Source: Escherichia coli | GTDB lineage: Bacteria > Pseudomonadota > Gammaproteobacteria > Enterobacterales > Enterobacteriaceae | Length of the DNA: 64,000 bases | Strand: one strand, 5' to 3' | NCBI RefSeq assembly: GCF_045037415.1 | Contig: NZ_CP173438.1 | Shown here: positions 1 through 10,138 of the stretch, one piece after another | Numbering within the stretch: the first letter of the stretch is position 1 | How the letters are laid out: each line of letters starts with the position of its first letter | The notes under the pieces: generated by a model | What the model saw: the letters and a program-made list of their open reading frames with translations, nothing else | Told to the model about the DNA's origin: nothing | Database searches by the model: none | Program-made: the position numbers and the translations under genes

Positions 1-307
<307 letters not shown>

Positions 308-327
308 TTATAAAAATTGCTAAAATG

Positions 328-341
328 CTAAACCGGTTTAG
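328..341. promoter_or_regulatory. perfect 14-bp palindrome CTAAACCGGTTTAG; candidate LacI/GalR-type (ScrR) operator upstream of scrY
   Basis: Exact dyad symmetry with central CG, about 45 bp upstream of the scrY ATG; related copies at 387-400 and 1391-1420. Confidence 0.45.
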
Positions 342-386
342 GTGTTGATAATAAAGCTGACTTTTTAGCCAGAGCAATTATTTTCG

Positions 387-400
387 CTAAACCGATTTAG
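387..400. promoter_or_regulatory. near-palindrome CTAAACCGATTTAG; second candidate ScrR operator
   Basis: One-mismatch copy of the 328-341 palindrome in the scrK-scrY intergenic region. Confidence 0.4.
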
Positions 401-450
401 TAAATGTGACAGGCACGACAAATCGGGTTACAGATACAACAGCAGGATCA

Positions 451-1371
451 CTATTGTGAAGGGAGATCGTGTTGTCGGGGTAAGGCGGTCATCGCGCCTT
501 TAGCCGTGGTCGCCAGAGCACCACAAATCTGAGCTTGTGCAATGATTCGTTCAAGCTGTCTGGTATTTGTTGGTATTCCAGAATCAGCCAGACCGGCAAG
601 TAATCCAGCGACAAAAGCATCTCCTGCCCCGGTCGTATCGACGACAGAAACAGGTTTGGCGGGATAGTGGATAAACTGCCCCTGAAAATACACAAGTACG
701 CCATTTTTTCCTTGTGTAATAAGCAATAAAGTCAACGGATAACGTTGTACTAATGAATATGCGCCTTGCTGAACCTGGCTTTCGTCACTGATGAATAACA
801 ACTCTTCTTCGGACAATTTAGCGATATTCGCCAGCGAAAGCGCACGATCAAGGTATTTCCTTAACAGCGCTTCACTCTGCCAGAGATCGCTGCGGATATT
901 GGGATCAAAACTGATGTTTCCGCCAGCCTGACGTATTTTCTCCATAGCCAGAAATGCGGTACTTCGGGAAGGTTCTGCACTGAGCGCAATGGAACAAAGA
1001 TGGAGCCATTCACCCGGCCCAAATGCAGGAAGGTCATCAGGTTGTAAAAAAAGATCGGCACTTGGGCGTACCATAAAGGTAAAGTTTCTTTCTCCTTGCT
1101 CATCAAGTCCTACAGCCACAATTGAGGTGCGATGTTGAGGATCAAGAGACATATAACGTGTATCAACATTTTCTGTACTCAGTGTTTGATACATAAAGCG
1201 ACCGAAAGGATCATCGCCAACTTTGCCAATAAAGGCACTTTTCCCCCCCAGCCTTGCGATACCGACTGCAACATTAGCAGGCGCCCCACCAGGACACTGT
1301 AGTAGTCTCCCCTGGCTTTCGGGTAATAAATCAACAACCGCATCACCGAGTACCCATACTCTTGTGCTCAT
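451..1371 (-). CDS. scrK: fructokinase, PfkB/ribokinase family (ScrK-like)
   Basis: 306-aa ORF; PfkB signatures (GGAPANVAVG near N-terminus, DTTGAGDAFVAGLL near C-terminus); strong resemblance to enterobacterial ScrK over the whole length. Confidence 0.85.
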   Translation of the reverse strand: MSTRVWVLGDAVVDLLPESQGRLLQCPGGAPANVAVGIARLGGKSAFIGKVGDDPFGRFMYQTLSTENVDTRYMSLDPQHRTSIVAVGLDEQGERNFTFMVRPSADLFLQPDDLPAFGPGEWLHLCSIALSAEPSRSTAFLAMEKIRQAGGNISFDPNIRSDLWQSEALLRKYLDRALSLANIAKLSEEELLFISDESQVQQGAYSLVQRYPLTLLLITQGKNGVLVYFQGQFIHYPAKPVSVVDTTGAGDAFVAGLLAGLADSGIPTNTRQLERIIAQAQICGALATTAKGAMTALPRQHDLPSQ

Positions 1372-1390
1372 AAAGGCTCCAATATACTAA

Positions 1391-1420
1391 TTGCTAAACT
1401 AATTAAATCGGTTTAGCAAT
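1391..1420. promoter_or_regulatory. inverted repeat TTGCTAAAC-N12-GTTTAGCAA containing TAAATCGGTTTAG; candidate ScrR operator in scrK promoter region
   Basis: Dyad symmetry read from sequence, 20-50 bp upstream of the scrK ATG (1371, minus strand); shares the half-site of the 328-341 palindrome. Confidence 0.4.
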
Positions 1421-1535
1421 TAAAGCATAAACGCTGCTCAGGAGAGAACAATATTCAGCAGTGGTTACCCGGTATTTTGTAGTGGAAACGTGAATATGCC
1501 GGGATTAATCATCTACCCGGCACTGTTTATCTCAC

Positions 1536-3014
1536 TTACGCATTCGACCAGCTCTGGATCGAATCCGCATTCCCCAATTCCCCATGCATCACTTCATACG
1601 ATTTTTTCAGGATCACATCAGTATGTTTGGTTAGGTCTTTGAAAATGCCTTTATTCATCGCGTCGTAGCGTTTGGCATTGCTCTCAATCGGTATGAAGAT
1701 ATCTTTCACGCGAACCATTTTATCGACAGCCGTTGTGTAATCCGGGTATAGCCCCAGACCTACCGCCGTATTGATCGCAGCCCCCAGACTTGCACAACCG
1801 TTAATGGCGTTTCGGCGTGCCGGAAGGTTGAACACGTCGGCAAAAATCTGCATAAACAGATCGCTGTTCGAACCGCCGCCAGTAATGATCACATGCTTTG
1901 CAAAGTGATTCATTTCATGACACATATTGTCGTAATTATTCTTCAGCGTCAGCGCCACGCTTTCCAGTATCGAACGATATATCCATGCGTAATCCATGCT
2001 GGAATCAAAACCGATCATAATCCCGCGTTTGTACGGTTCCCACGGATTGGTCAGCCAGTCCAGCACCGTCATCAGACCATTACAGCCAGGCGGCACGCAA
2101 GACGCTTTTTTGTTGAGCAAATCTTCCGGTGAAAGATCCTGTGCTTTGGCATCCTGAATTAACGACTCGCCTAACATGTCGCGCAGCCAGCTCACCGTCC
2201 ACATGCCTTTGCGAATACCGTAACCTTCATACAGCAATGTTTGCGGAATAGAAGACATAATCGGCCAGTACGCCACCGGATCTTTCGGCAGTGCTTTGCC
2301 GTTCATCATCAACGCGATATAGGTGCCAAGAGAAATTACCGCCGTTTCATCATCCAGTAACCCGGCTCCCAGAGCTTCTACCGGTTTATCACTGGTGGTA
2401 CAAACAACCGGCAGCCCAGCCGGGAAATGTGTCGCCAGCGCAGCTTGTGGTGTGATATGCCCAAGAATGGTGCCCGGCATTTGCACGTCAAAAAGCATCT
2501 GGCGGGGGATATTAAACTTTTCCATTACCGTAGCATCTTCGCTCCATGCCCAGCTCTTATAATCCACCGGCCACTGACCAAAATAGTTGGCGATATTGTC
2601 TTTAAACTCGCCGGTTAAGCGATGTGTCAGATAACCCGAAAAAGAGGTGACATAGGCCACGTCAGGATTAGTGTGTTCGTAAGGGCGTGTAACGCGTGCA
2701 TCCTGCCAGCTAATCAACGGCGCGGCTGGCGTACCATCGGCTTTCAATAGCGCACGGCAGCAACGGATTGAGCCCAGGCCAATGCCGACAATATCTTCTT
2801 TATTCCCGGCAAACTGGCTCATCAAATCGTGACTGGCAAAACATAGTGATGCCCATAAATCATCGTCAGGATGTTCTGCGGTATCGGCATCTGGCGTGTG
2901 CATCGGCTGCAATAAGCCTTTGCCTTCGCAAACCACATTACCTTCCAGATCGTACATCACCACTTTTGTGCTCTGACTTCCGCCATCAATCCCTATGATG
3001 TATTTTTTCGACAT
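1536..3014 (-). CDS. ygcE: FGGY-family carbohydrate kinase
   Basis: 492-aa ORF; N-terminal GIDGGSQSTK sugar-kinase motif; length and sequence consistent with E. coli YgcE. Confidence 0.85.
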   Translation of the reverse strand: MSKKYIIGIDGGSQSTKVVMYDLEGNVVCEGKGLLQPMHTPDADTAEHPDDDLWASLCFASHDLMSQFAGNKEDIVGIGLGSIRCCRALLKADGTPAAPLISWQDARVTRPYEHTNPDVAYVTSFSGYLTHRLTGEFKDNIANYFGQWPVDYKSWAWSEDATVMEKFNIPRQMLFDVQMPGTILGHITPQAALATHFPAGLPVVCTTSDKPVEALGAGLLDDETAVISLGTYIALMMNGKALPKDPVAYWPIMSSIPQTLLYEGYGIRKGMWTVSWLRDMLGESLIQDAKAQDLSPEDLLNKKASCVPPGCNGLMTVLDWLTNPWEPYKRGIMIGFDSSMDYAWIYRSILESVALTLKNNYDNMCHEMNHFAKHVIITGGGSNSDLFMQIFADVFNLPARRNAINGCASLGAAINTAVGLGLYPDYTTAVDKMVRVKDIFIPIESNAKRYDAMNKGIFKDLTKHTDVILKKSYEVMHGELGNADSIQSWSNA

Positions 3015-3040
3015 GATTTTTCTCCTGTAATTTTCCTGGC

Positions 3041-4318
3041 TTACTTGCTGCTAGCCATTGCGGGGGCGCTATCAGCAGTACGAATTTTTTGGAACAGCAA
3101 AAAGGTAAAGATGATCACCATGCCAAGCGCCGCCATGCCCATTAGCCACATGTTGCGATAGGCTTCTGCAGCGGGCAGGGTGTCTTGCCAGTAGCCGATA
3201 ATCGGGTAAACGAAGACATCCGGCAGGAATCCAATCACCGAACAAATACCTACCGTGGTGCCCATAATGTAAGACGGTGTTCTCGCTTCGCCAGGGCAGG
3301 CCCAGTACAGCCCGCGTGAGGCGTAACAGGTGAATCCCAGTAATAAAATCAAGCCAATCCCCATCGCGACCGATTGCGGGTTAGAGTTCGTGACGAGCAG
3401 GGCTGTCAACGCCAGCAAACCGATGATGGAAAGGATTTGGACCACGCGGGTAGGGGATTTCACTTTACTGTAGGTGGTGATAATGCCGCCAAGTGGGCCG
3501 CACAGCGCGCGGAAGATTTTGTTGATCACAATCCCCATGTAGCTCGCCGCCACCAGCGACATGCCGTACATTTCGGTCAGATAGTTGGTGGAGTAACTCA
3601 GAATGGCGTAGATGGTGAAGACACCAAAAATCACCATGCTGCAATACCAGGTAGTGCTGATGCGCAAAACGGCCAGGATGTCGCTAAGCTGGAATGACTG
3701 TTTTTCTTCGTTATTGGCACTGCGTAGGTTGTTGTTATCGCTAACAAAAAACCAACACAAAATGCCCAGCAGAATGTAAACCACACTATAGATAATAATG
3801 ACCGTTTTCAGGCTGGCGCTGTCATCCGGTGCAAAGCGAGAAAAGACCCACATGGTAAACACCGCCAGCGACATTACACCGACGCCGCGCAGCCCTTCCA
3901 TCCAGCCCATAATTTTCCCTTGCTCGCTATGATCGCCCAGCAACGATGCGGCTTTAATCGACACCGACCACAGCATTAAAATCGTCGTTATCGCAAAGGC
4001 GACCTGAATACAGAGCATTACCCACAGCGGTGGATATGTTGCCATTAACAGACCCAGTAATCCGGTAATGATCATCGCGGAAGTAATCATTTTGCGATGT
4101 GAAAATTTATCGGCAATAACGCCGCTAGGGGCATAGAAAATAATGGCCGCAATACCAAAGGTACTCATTATTAAACCTATCTCGGTATTGCTGAATCCCA
4201 TAAATTTTGCCATGGGAATTTGATAAATATAACGTAAATAAGCCAGGTCGAAACTAACGCCGCCGCTAAAACTAATTATCGCGAGGGTTATCCAACGGCG
4301 ATATGAGTTGTGTTGCAT
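3041..4318 (-). CDS. yqcE: MFS transporter
   Basis: 425-aa ORF, about 12 hydrophobic segments; 26 bp upstream of ygcE, likely co-transcribed. Confidence 0.85.
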   Translation of the reverse strand: MQHNSYRRWITLAIISFSGGVSFDLAYLRYIYQIPMAKFMGFSNTEIGLIMSTFGIAAIIFYAPSGVIADKFSHRKMITSAMIITGLLGLLMATYPPLWVMLCIQVAFAITTILMLWSVSIKAASLLGDHSEQGKIMGWMEGLRGVGVMSLAVFTMWVFSRFAPDDSASLKTVIIIYSVVYILLGILCWFFVSDNNNLRSANNEEKQSFQLSDILAVLRISTTWYCSMVIFGVFTIYAILSYSTNYLTEMYGMSLVAASYMGIVINKIFRALCGPLGGIITTYSKVKSPTRVVQILSIIGLLALTALLVTNSNPQSVAMGIGLILLLGFTCYASRGLYWACPGEARTPSYIMGTTVGICSVIGFLPDVFVYPIIGYWQDTLPAAEAYRNMWLMGMAALGMVIIFTFLLFQKIRTADSAPAMASSK

Positions 4319-4496
4319 ATCGTATTCCCATTTGTAATAGACAAAAAAAAGAGAAAAGTAAGCCGCCCTTTCAGGTGGATTACTTTTCTCAGGTCTCTAG
4401 TAATTGCAATAAGAAATAACATGGAAAGCAGAGGTGTTGTGTGAGAGTAATCACGCTTCTGCTTTTTTAAATTATTTGACAATACGAACATCACAC

Positions 4497-4512
4497 TGTG
4501 ATTACGATCACA
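4497..4512. promoter_or_regulatory. CRP binding site, perfect consensus half-sites TGTGA-N6-TCACA
   Basis: TGTGATTACGATCACA read directly; lies in the divergent yqcE / ygcW promoter region, flanked by TTGACA (4476-4481) and TAAAAT (4535-4540). Confidence 0.5.
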
Positions 4513-4565
4513 TTAGCAGTTATGTCCTTATGCTAAAAATTATCTCCAGTTACCAGAGATAATGA

Positions 4566-4612
4566 GAAAGGTAACTTCCCTCTCGCGGGGGAAGTTACCT
4601 TTCTTTTTTTTT
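4566..4612 (+). terminator. intrinsic terminator / attenuator in the ygcW 5' leader
   Basis: 15-bp perfect stem GAAAGGTAACTTCCC / GGGAAGTTACCTTTC with 8-nt loop, followed by 9 consecutive T; ends 24 nt before the ygcW ATG; no plus-strand gene upstream. Confidence 0.6.
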
Positions 4613-4636
4613 GCCTTACGGAAATTGGAGCTAACT

Positions 4637-5422
4637 ATGTCAATCGAATCTCTCAATGCGTTCTCAATGGATTTTTTCTCCCTGAAAGGTAAAACAGCAA
4701 TTGTTACCGGCGGGAATAGCGGTTTAGGCCAGGCATTTGCCATGGCGTTGGCCAAAGCTGGCGCAAATGTCTTTATTCCTAGTTTCGTCAAAGATAACGG
4801 CGAAACAAAGGAAATGATTGAAAAACAGGGCGTTGAAGTTGATTTTATGCAGGTGGATATCACCGCAGAAGGCGCGCCGCAGAAGATTATCGCTGCCTGC
4901 TGTGAGCGCTTCGGTACCGTCGATATTCTGGTCAATAATGCCGGTATTTGTAAGCTGAATAAGGTGCTGGACTTTGGTCGTGCCGACTGGGACCCGATGA
5001 TTGACGTGAACCTGACCGCCGCATTCGAGTTAAGCTACGAAGCGGCAAAAATTATGATCCCGCAGAAAAGCGGTAAAATCATTAATATCTGTTCATTGTT
5101 CTCTTACTTAGGTGGTCAATGGTCACCTGCTTATTCTGCCACTAAACATGCTCTTGCCGGATTCACCAAAGCCTATTGCGATGAATTAGGCCAATATAAT
5201 ATTCAGGTGAATGGTATTGCTCCTGGTTATTATGCAACCGATATTACGCTGGCGACCCGTAGTAATCCAGAAACTAACCAGCGTGTTCTTGATCATATTC
5301 CGGCAAACCGTTGGGGTGATACTCAGGATTTAATGGGGGCAGCCGTATTCCTCGCAAGTCCGGCATCGAATTATGTCAACGGACATTTATTAGTGGTTGA
5401 TGGCGGTTATTTAGTGCGCTAA
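4637..5422 (+). CDS. ygcW: short-chain dehydrogenase/reductase (SDR), KduD-like
   Basis: 261 aa from the ATG at 4637; TGGNSGLG Rossmann motif; the upstream in-frame extension from 4562 overlaps the terminator hairpin and is rejected. Confidence 0.85.
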   Translation: MSIESLNAFSMDFFSLKGKTAIVTGGNSGLGQAFAMALAKAGANVFIPSFVKDNGETKEMIEKQGVEVDFMQVDITAEGAPQKIIAACCERFGTVDILVNNAGICKLNKVLDFGRADWDPMIDVNLTAAFELSYEAAKIMIPQKSGKIINICSLFSYLGGQWSPAYSATKHALAGFTKAYCDELGQYNIQVNGIAPGYYATDITLATRSNPETNQRVLDHIPANRWGDTQDLMGAAVFLASPASNYVNGHLLVVDGGYLVR

Positions 5423-5491
5423 TTCATAACGGTGGTTTCTGTTTTCTCTTATTAATAACTATTCCATTTTTATTATCAGGAAGGAATTATT

Positions 5492-6946
5492 ATGTCTTTA
5501 TCTCGCGTAGCGATTGTCGACCAGCTAAAGGAAATTGTTGGTGCAGATCGCGTTATTACCGATGAAACGGTATTAAAGAAAAACAGTATTGACCGTTTTC
5601 GTAAATTTCCGGATATTCATGGAATTTATACTTTGCCGATTCCGGCAGCGGTCGTAAAACTCGGTTCCACAGAACAAGTATCCCGTGTGCTGAATTTTAT
5701 GAATGCGCACAAAATTAACGGTGTGCCACGTACCGGTGCTTCCGCCACCGAAGGTGGACTGGAAACCGTTGTGGAAAACTCGGTGGTGCTCGACGGCTCC
5801 GCCATGAATCAAATCATTAATATTGATATTGAGAATATGCAGGCCACGGCGCAATGTGGCGTTCCGCTGGAGGTGCTGGAAAACGCATTGCGCGAAAAAG
5901 GTTACACCACGGGGCATTCTCCGCAGTCAAAGCCGCTGGCGCAGATGGGCGGCTTGGTGGCGACCCGCAGTATCGGGCAGTTCTCCACACTCTACGGCGC
6001 AATCGAAGATATGGTCGTTGGTCTGGAAGCGGTGCTGGCAGATGGCACCGTCACACGCATTAAAAAAGTGCCACGTCGCGCGGCTGGCCCGGACATTCGT
6101 CATATCATCATCGGCAACGAAGGTGCACTGTGCTATATCACTGAAGTCACAGTGAAAATCTTCAAATTTACGCCGGAAAACAATCTCTTCTACGGCTATA
6201 TCCTGGAAGATATGAAAACCGGCTTCAACATCCTGCGTGAAATCATGGTGGAAGGGTATCGTCCGTCGATTGCTCGTTTGTATGATGCTGAAGATGGCAC
6301 CCAACACTTCACCCATTTTGCCGACGGCAAATGCGTGCTGATCTTTATGGCTGAAGGTAACCCTCGCATTGCGAAGGCGACGGGTGAAGGGATTGCTGAA
6401 ATCGTGGCGCGCTACCCGCAGTGCCAGCGCGTGGACAGCAAGCTGATCGAAACCTGGTTTAACAACCTGAACTGGGGACCGGATAAAGTGGCTGCCGAAC
6501 GTGTGCAGATCCTCAAAACCGGCAACATGGGCTTTACCACTGAAGTGTCCGGCTGCTGGAGCTGCATTCACGAAATCTACGAAAGCGTTATTAACCGTAT
6601 TCGTACCGAGTTCCCGCACGCCGACGACATCACCATGCTGGGCGGTCACTCCTCTCATAGCTATCAGAACGGCACCAACATGTACTTCGTCTACGACTAC
6701 AACGTCGTTGACTGTAAGCCGGAAGAGGAAATCGACAAGTACCACAATCCGCTCAACAAAATCATCTGCGAAGAAACCATTCGCCTCGGCGGTTCGATGG
6801 TGCATCACCACGGTATCGGTAAACATCGCGTTCACTGGAGCAAACTGGAACACGGCAGCGCGTGGGCGTTGCTGGAAGGGCTGAAAAAGCAGTTCGATCC
6901 TAATGGCATTATGAACACGGGTACTATCTATCCGATTGAAAAATAA
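5492..6946 (+). CDS. ygcU: FAD-linked oxidase (GlcD / D-lactate dehydrogenase / alkyl-DHAP synthase family)
   Basis: 484-aa ORF with N-terminal FAD-binding PCMH-type domain pattern. Confidence 0.85.
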   Translation: MSLSRVAIVDQLKEIVGADRVITDETVLKKNSIDRFRKFPDIHGIYTLPIPAAVVKLGSTEQVSRVLNFMNAHKINGVPRTGASATEGGLETVVENSVVLDGSAMNQIINIDIENMQATAQCGVPLEVLENALREKGYTTGHSPQSKPLAQMGGLVATRSIGQFSTLYGAIEDMVVGLEAVLADGTVTRIKKVPRRAAGPDIRHIIIGNEGALCYITEVTVKIFKFTPENNLFYGYILEDMKTGFNILREIMVEGYRPSIARLYDAEDGTQHFTHFADGKCVLIFMAEGNPRIAKATGEGIAEIVARYPQCQRVDSKLIETWFNNLNWGPDKVAAERVQILKTGNMGFTTEVSGCWSCIHEIYESVINRIRTEFPHADDITMLGGHSSHSYQNGTNMYFVYDYNVVDCKPEEEIDKYHNPLNKIICEETIRLGGSMVHHHGIGKHRVHWSKLEHGSAWALLEGLKKQFDPNGIMNTGTIYPIEK

Positions 6947-7039
6947 TGTGTCAGGCAGCGTTCCGCGATGACGGTGCGTTGCCTTTTCGGCTTCTCAGGC
7001 GAGAAGCCGTTCTTATTACCGGACAATGAAGGGGTAAAG

Positions 7040-8377
7040 ATGAACACTTCACCGGTGCGAATGGATGATTTACCGCTTAACCGTTTTCACTGTCGAATTG
7101 CTGCGCTCACTTTCGGCGCACACCTGACCGACGGTTATGTTCTCGGCGTCATTGGTTATGCCATTATTCAGCTTACGCCCGCCATGCAACTGACGCCGTT
7201 TATGGCGGGAATGATCGGCGGCTCGGCGTTACTTGGTTTGTTTCTTGGCAGCCTGGTTTTGGGGTGGATCTCCGACCATATCGGGCGGCAAAAAATCTTC
7301 ACCTTCAGTTTTATGCTGATTACGCTCGCTTCGTTCTTGCAATTTTTTGCCACCACGCCAGAGCATCTTATTGGATTACGCATTTTGATCGGCATTGGTC
7401 TGGGAGGCGATTACTCAGTCGGTCACACCTTGCTGGCTGAATTTTCCCCGCGCCGCCATCGCGGTATTTTGCTGGGCGCATTCAGTGTGGTGTGGACCGT
7501 AGGCTATGTGCTGGCAAGTATTGCCGGACATCACTTTATTTCCGAAAGCCCGGAGGCCTGGCGCTGGCTGCTGGCATCAGCGGCGTTACCAGCCTTGCTG
7601 ATTACGCTGCTACGTTGGGGCACGCCGGAATCGCCACGCTGGCTACTGCGCCAGGGGCGTTTTGCAGAAGCTCACGCTATCGTTCATCGCTATTTTGGCC
7701 CGCATGTTTTACTGGGCGATGAAGTGGCAACGGCGACCCATAAACACATCAAAACCTTGTTCTCTTCGCGCTACTGGCGGCGCACAGCGTTTAACAGCGT
7801 CTTCTTTGTCTGCCTCGTAATCCCATGGTTTGTGATTTATACCTGGCTGCCAACTATCGCCCAGACTATTGGACTGGAAGATGCGCTGACTGCCAGTCTG
7901 ATGCTTAATGCGTTGTTAATTGTGGGCGCGCTGCTGGGATTAGTTCTGACGCACCTGCTGGCACATCGCAAGTTTTTGCTGGGAAGTTTTTTGCTGCTGG
8001 CGGCAACGCTGGTAGTGATGGCCTGTTTGCCTTCCGGCAGTTCATTAACGCTGCTGCTTTTTGTTCTCTTCAGCACCACCATTTCGGCAGTCAGTAATCT
8101 GGTGGGCATTTTGCCTGCGGAAAGTTTTCCTACTGACATTCGCTCGCTGGGCGTCGGTTTTGCCACCGCCATGAGTCGGTTGGGGGCGGCGGTAAGTACT
8201 GGCCTGCTGCCGTGGGTGCTGGCGCAGTGGGGAATGCAAGCCACCTTATTACTCCTGGCGGCAGTGTTGTTGGTTGGTTTTGTTGTGACCTGGCTATGGG
8301 CACCAGAAACCAAAGCACTCCCGCTGGTGGCGGCGGGAAATGTAGGAGGTGCGAATGAACATTCTGTTAGCGTTTAA
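7040..8377 (+). CDS. ygcS: MFS sugar-type transporter
   Basis: 445 aa from the ATG at 7040 (RBS GAAGGGG upstream); multiple transmembrane segments. Confidence 0.85.
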   Translation: MNTSPVRMDDLPLNRFHCRIAALTFGAHLTDGYVLGVIGYAIIQLTPAMQLTPFMAGMIGGSALLGLFLGSLVLGWISDHIGRQKIFTFSFMLITLASFLQFFATTPEHLIGLRILIGIGLGGDYSVGHTLLAEFSPRRHRGILLGAFSVVWTVGYVLASIAGHHFISESPEAWRWLLASAALPALLITLLRWGTPESPRWLLRQGRFAEAHAIVHRYFGPHVLLGDEVATATHKHIKTLFSSRYWRRTAFNSVFFVCLVIPWFVIYTWLPTIAQTIGLEDALTASLMLNALLIVGALLGLVLTHLLAHRKFLLGSFLLLAATLVVMACLPSGSSLTLLLFVLFSTTISAVSNLVGILPAESFPTDIRSLGVGFATAMSRLGAAVSTGLLPWVLAQWGMQATLLLLAAVLLVGFVVTWLWAPETKALPLVAAGNVGGANEHSVSV

Positions 8378-9134
8378 AGCCGAACCGGATGCCGGAATGC
8401 TGGCGGAAAAAGAGTGGCAGGCGGCGGCTCAGGGTAATAGCGGACCGGATGTTTCGCTTCTGCGAAGTTTACTCGGTGCTGATGAACAGGCCGCAGCTGC
8501 GCTGCTGTTGGCGCAGAGAAAAAACGGTACGCCGATGTCTTTAACCGCGTTGAGCATGGGGGATGAACGGGCGTTGCACTGGCTGCGCTATCTCATGGCT
8601 CTTGGGTTTGAGGAAGCTGTATTGCTGGAGACGGCGGCAGATCTGCGCTTTGCGCCGGAATTTGTCGCTCGCCATATTGCCGAATGGCAGCGTCAGAATC
8701 CGCTGGATCTGATAATTACCGGCTGCCAAAGCAGCGAAGGGCAGAATGGGCAAACGCCATTTTTGCTGGCGGAAATGCTGGTCTGGCCCTGCTTCACCCA
8801 GGTGGAGCGCTTTACTCTCGACGCACCGTTTATCACCCTCGAACAGCGTACTGAACATGGGGTGCGCTGTTGCCGGGTTCGCTTGCCTGCGGTGATTGCC
8901 GTGCGTCAGTGCGGTGAAGTGGCCTTGCCAGTTCCGGGAATGCGCCAGCGAATGGCTGCGGGGAAAGCAGCAATTATCCGTAAAACTGTTGCTGTCGAAT
9001 TGCCAGCGATGCAGTGTCTGCAACTGGCAAGAGCAGAGCAACGACGCGGAGCGACGCTGATTGGTGGGCAAACGGTAGCAGAAAAAGCGCAAAAGCTATG
9101 GCAGGACTATTTACGCCAAAGGATGCAGCCATGA
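8355..9134 (+). CDS. ygcR: electron transfer flavoprotein beta-subunit-like (FixA-like)
   Basis: 259 aa from the ATG at 8355, preceded by AGGAGG; stop overlaps the ygcQ start (ATGA). Confidence 0.85.
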   Translation: MNILLAFKAEPDAGMLAEKEWQAAAQGNSGPDVSLLRSLLGADEQAAAALLLAQRKNGTPMSLTALSMGDERALHWLRYLMALGFEEAVLLETAADLRFAPEFVARHIAEWQRQNPLDLIITGCQSSEGQNGQTPFLLAEMLVWPCFTQVERFTLDAPFITLEQRTEHGVRCCRVRLPAVIAVRQCGEVALPVPGMRQRMAAGKAAIIRKTVAVELPAMQCLQLARAEQRRGATLIGGQTVAEKAQKLWQDYLRQRMQP

Positions 9135-9991
9135 ATATCGTAATTGTGACAATAAATCAGGACCATGCCGCAATAGCGAGCTGGCTGGCGGCGCAGGATT
9201 TCAGCGGTTGTACCCTGGCACATTGGCAAATAGAACCACAGCCGATGGTTGCGGAACAGGTGCTGGATGCACTGGTGGAACAGTGGCAACGAACGCCTGC
9301 GGACGTTGTCCTTTTTCCTCCGGGCGCGTTTGGCGATGAACTGTCGACCCGGCTGGCCTGGCGTTTACATGGTGCAAGCATCTGCCAGGTGACTTCGTTA
9401 GATATTCCAACCGTAAGCGTGCGCAAATCCCACTGGGGAAATGCGTTGACGGCGACGCTGCAAACAGACAAACGCCCGCTATGCCTTTCGCTGGCACGTC
9501 AGGCGGGAGCAGATAAAAACGCCACGTTGCCCTCTGGGATGCAGCAACTGAACATTGTCCCAGGTGTGCTTCCCGACTGGCTGGTTAGCATAGAAAATCT
9601 GAAAAATGTTATCCGCGACCCATTAGCTGAAGCCAGACGGGTGCTGGTGGTGGGGCAGGGCGGAGAGGCAGATAACCAGGAAATCGCTATGCTGGCAGAA
9701 AAGATGGGAGCCGAAGTGGGCTACAGTCGGGCACGAGTGATGAACGGTGGCGTTGATGCCGAAAAAGTGATTGGTATTTCCGGACATCTGCTGGCACCTG
9801 AGGTGTGTATTGTTGTTGGCGCTTCCGGCGCAGCAGCGTTAATGGCGGGCGTACGCAATAGCAAGTTTGTGGTGGCGATTAATCATGACGCCAGTGCAGC
9901 GGTATTTTCACAGGCAGATGTTGGCGTAGTTGATGACTGGAAAGTGGTGCTGGAGGCACTGGTGACAAACATTCACGCAGATTGCCAATAA
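9131..9991 (+). CDS. ygcQ: electron transfer flavoprotein alpha-subunit-like (FixB-like)
   Basis: 286 aa from the ATG at 9131; translationally coupled to ygcR. Confidence 0.85.
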   Translation: MNIVIVTINQDHAAIASWLAAQDFSGCTLAHWQIEPQPMVAEQVLDALVEQWQRTPADVVLFPPGAFGDELSTRLAWRLHGASICQVTSLDIPTVSVRKSHWGNALTATLQTDKRPLCLSLARQAGADKNATLPSGMQQLNIVPGVLPDWLVSIENLKNVIRDPLAEARRVLVVGQGGEADNQEIAMLAEKMGAEVGYSRARVMNGGVDAEKVIGISGHLLAPEVCIVVGASGAAALMAGVRNSKFVVAINHDASAAVFSQADVGVVDDWKVVLEALVTNIHADCQ

Positions 9992-9994
9992 CGT

Positions 9995-10115
9995 GCTGCC
10001 GGATGATCCTGCCGATGGTTCTGGGCTGGGGACTTGTAGGCCTGATAAGACGCGTCAAGCGTCGCATCAGGCGCTGAATGTCGGATGTGGCGTGCAGCCT
10101 ACAAATCACACCAAA
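9995..10115. repeat. REP/BIME palindromic elements between convergent ygcQ and ygcP
   Basis: GCCGGATG and TAGGCCTGATAAGACGCG...CGCATCAGGC motifs typical of E. coli REP units. Confidence 0.7.
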
Positions 10116-10138
10116 TTCAACTTGTTACGATTATCCCG

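Noticed and set aside
4529-4561. Possible 10-codon leader peptide (MLKIISSYQR) upstream of the ygcW leader terminator
   Set aside because: No RBS, and the codon content shows no evident link to attenuation; an RNA-binding antiterminator model explains the region better.
4562-4636. In-frame upstream extension of the ygcW ORF (MRKVTSLSRGKLPFFFFALRKLELT...)
   Set aside because: It runs through the terminator hairpin and T-tract and has no RBS; the ATG at 4637 gives the expected 261-aa SDR.
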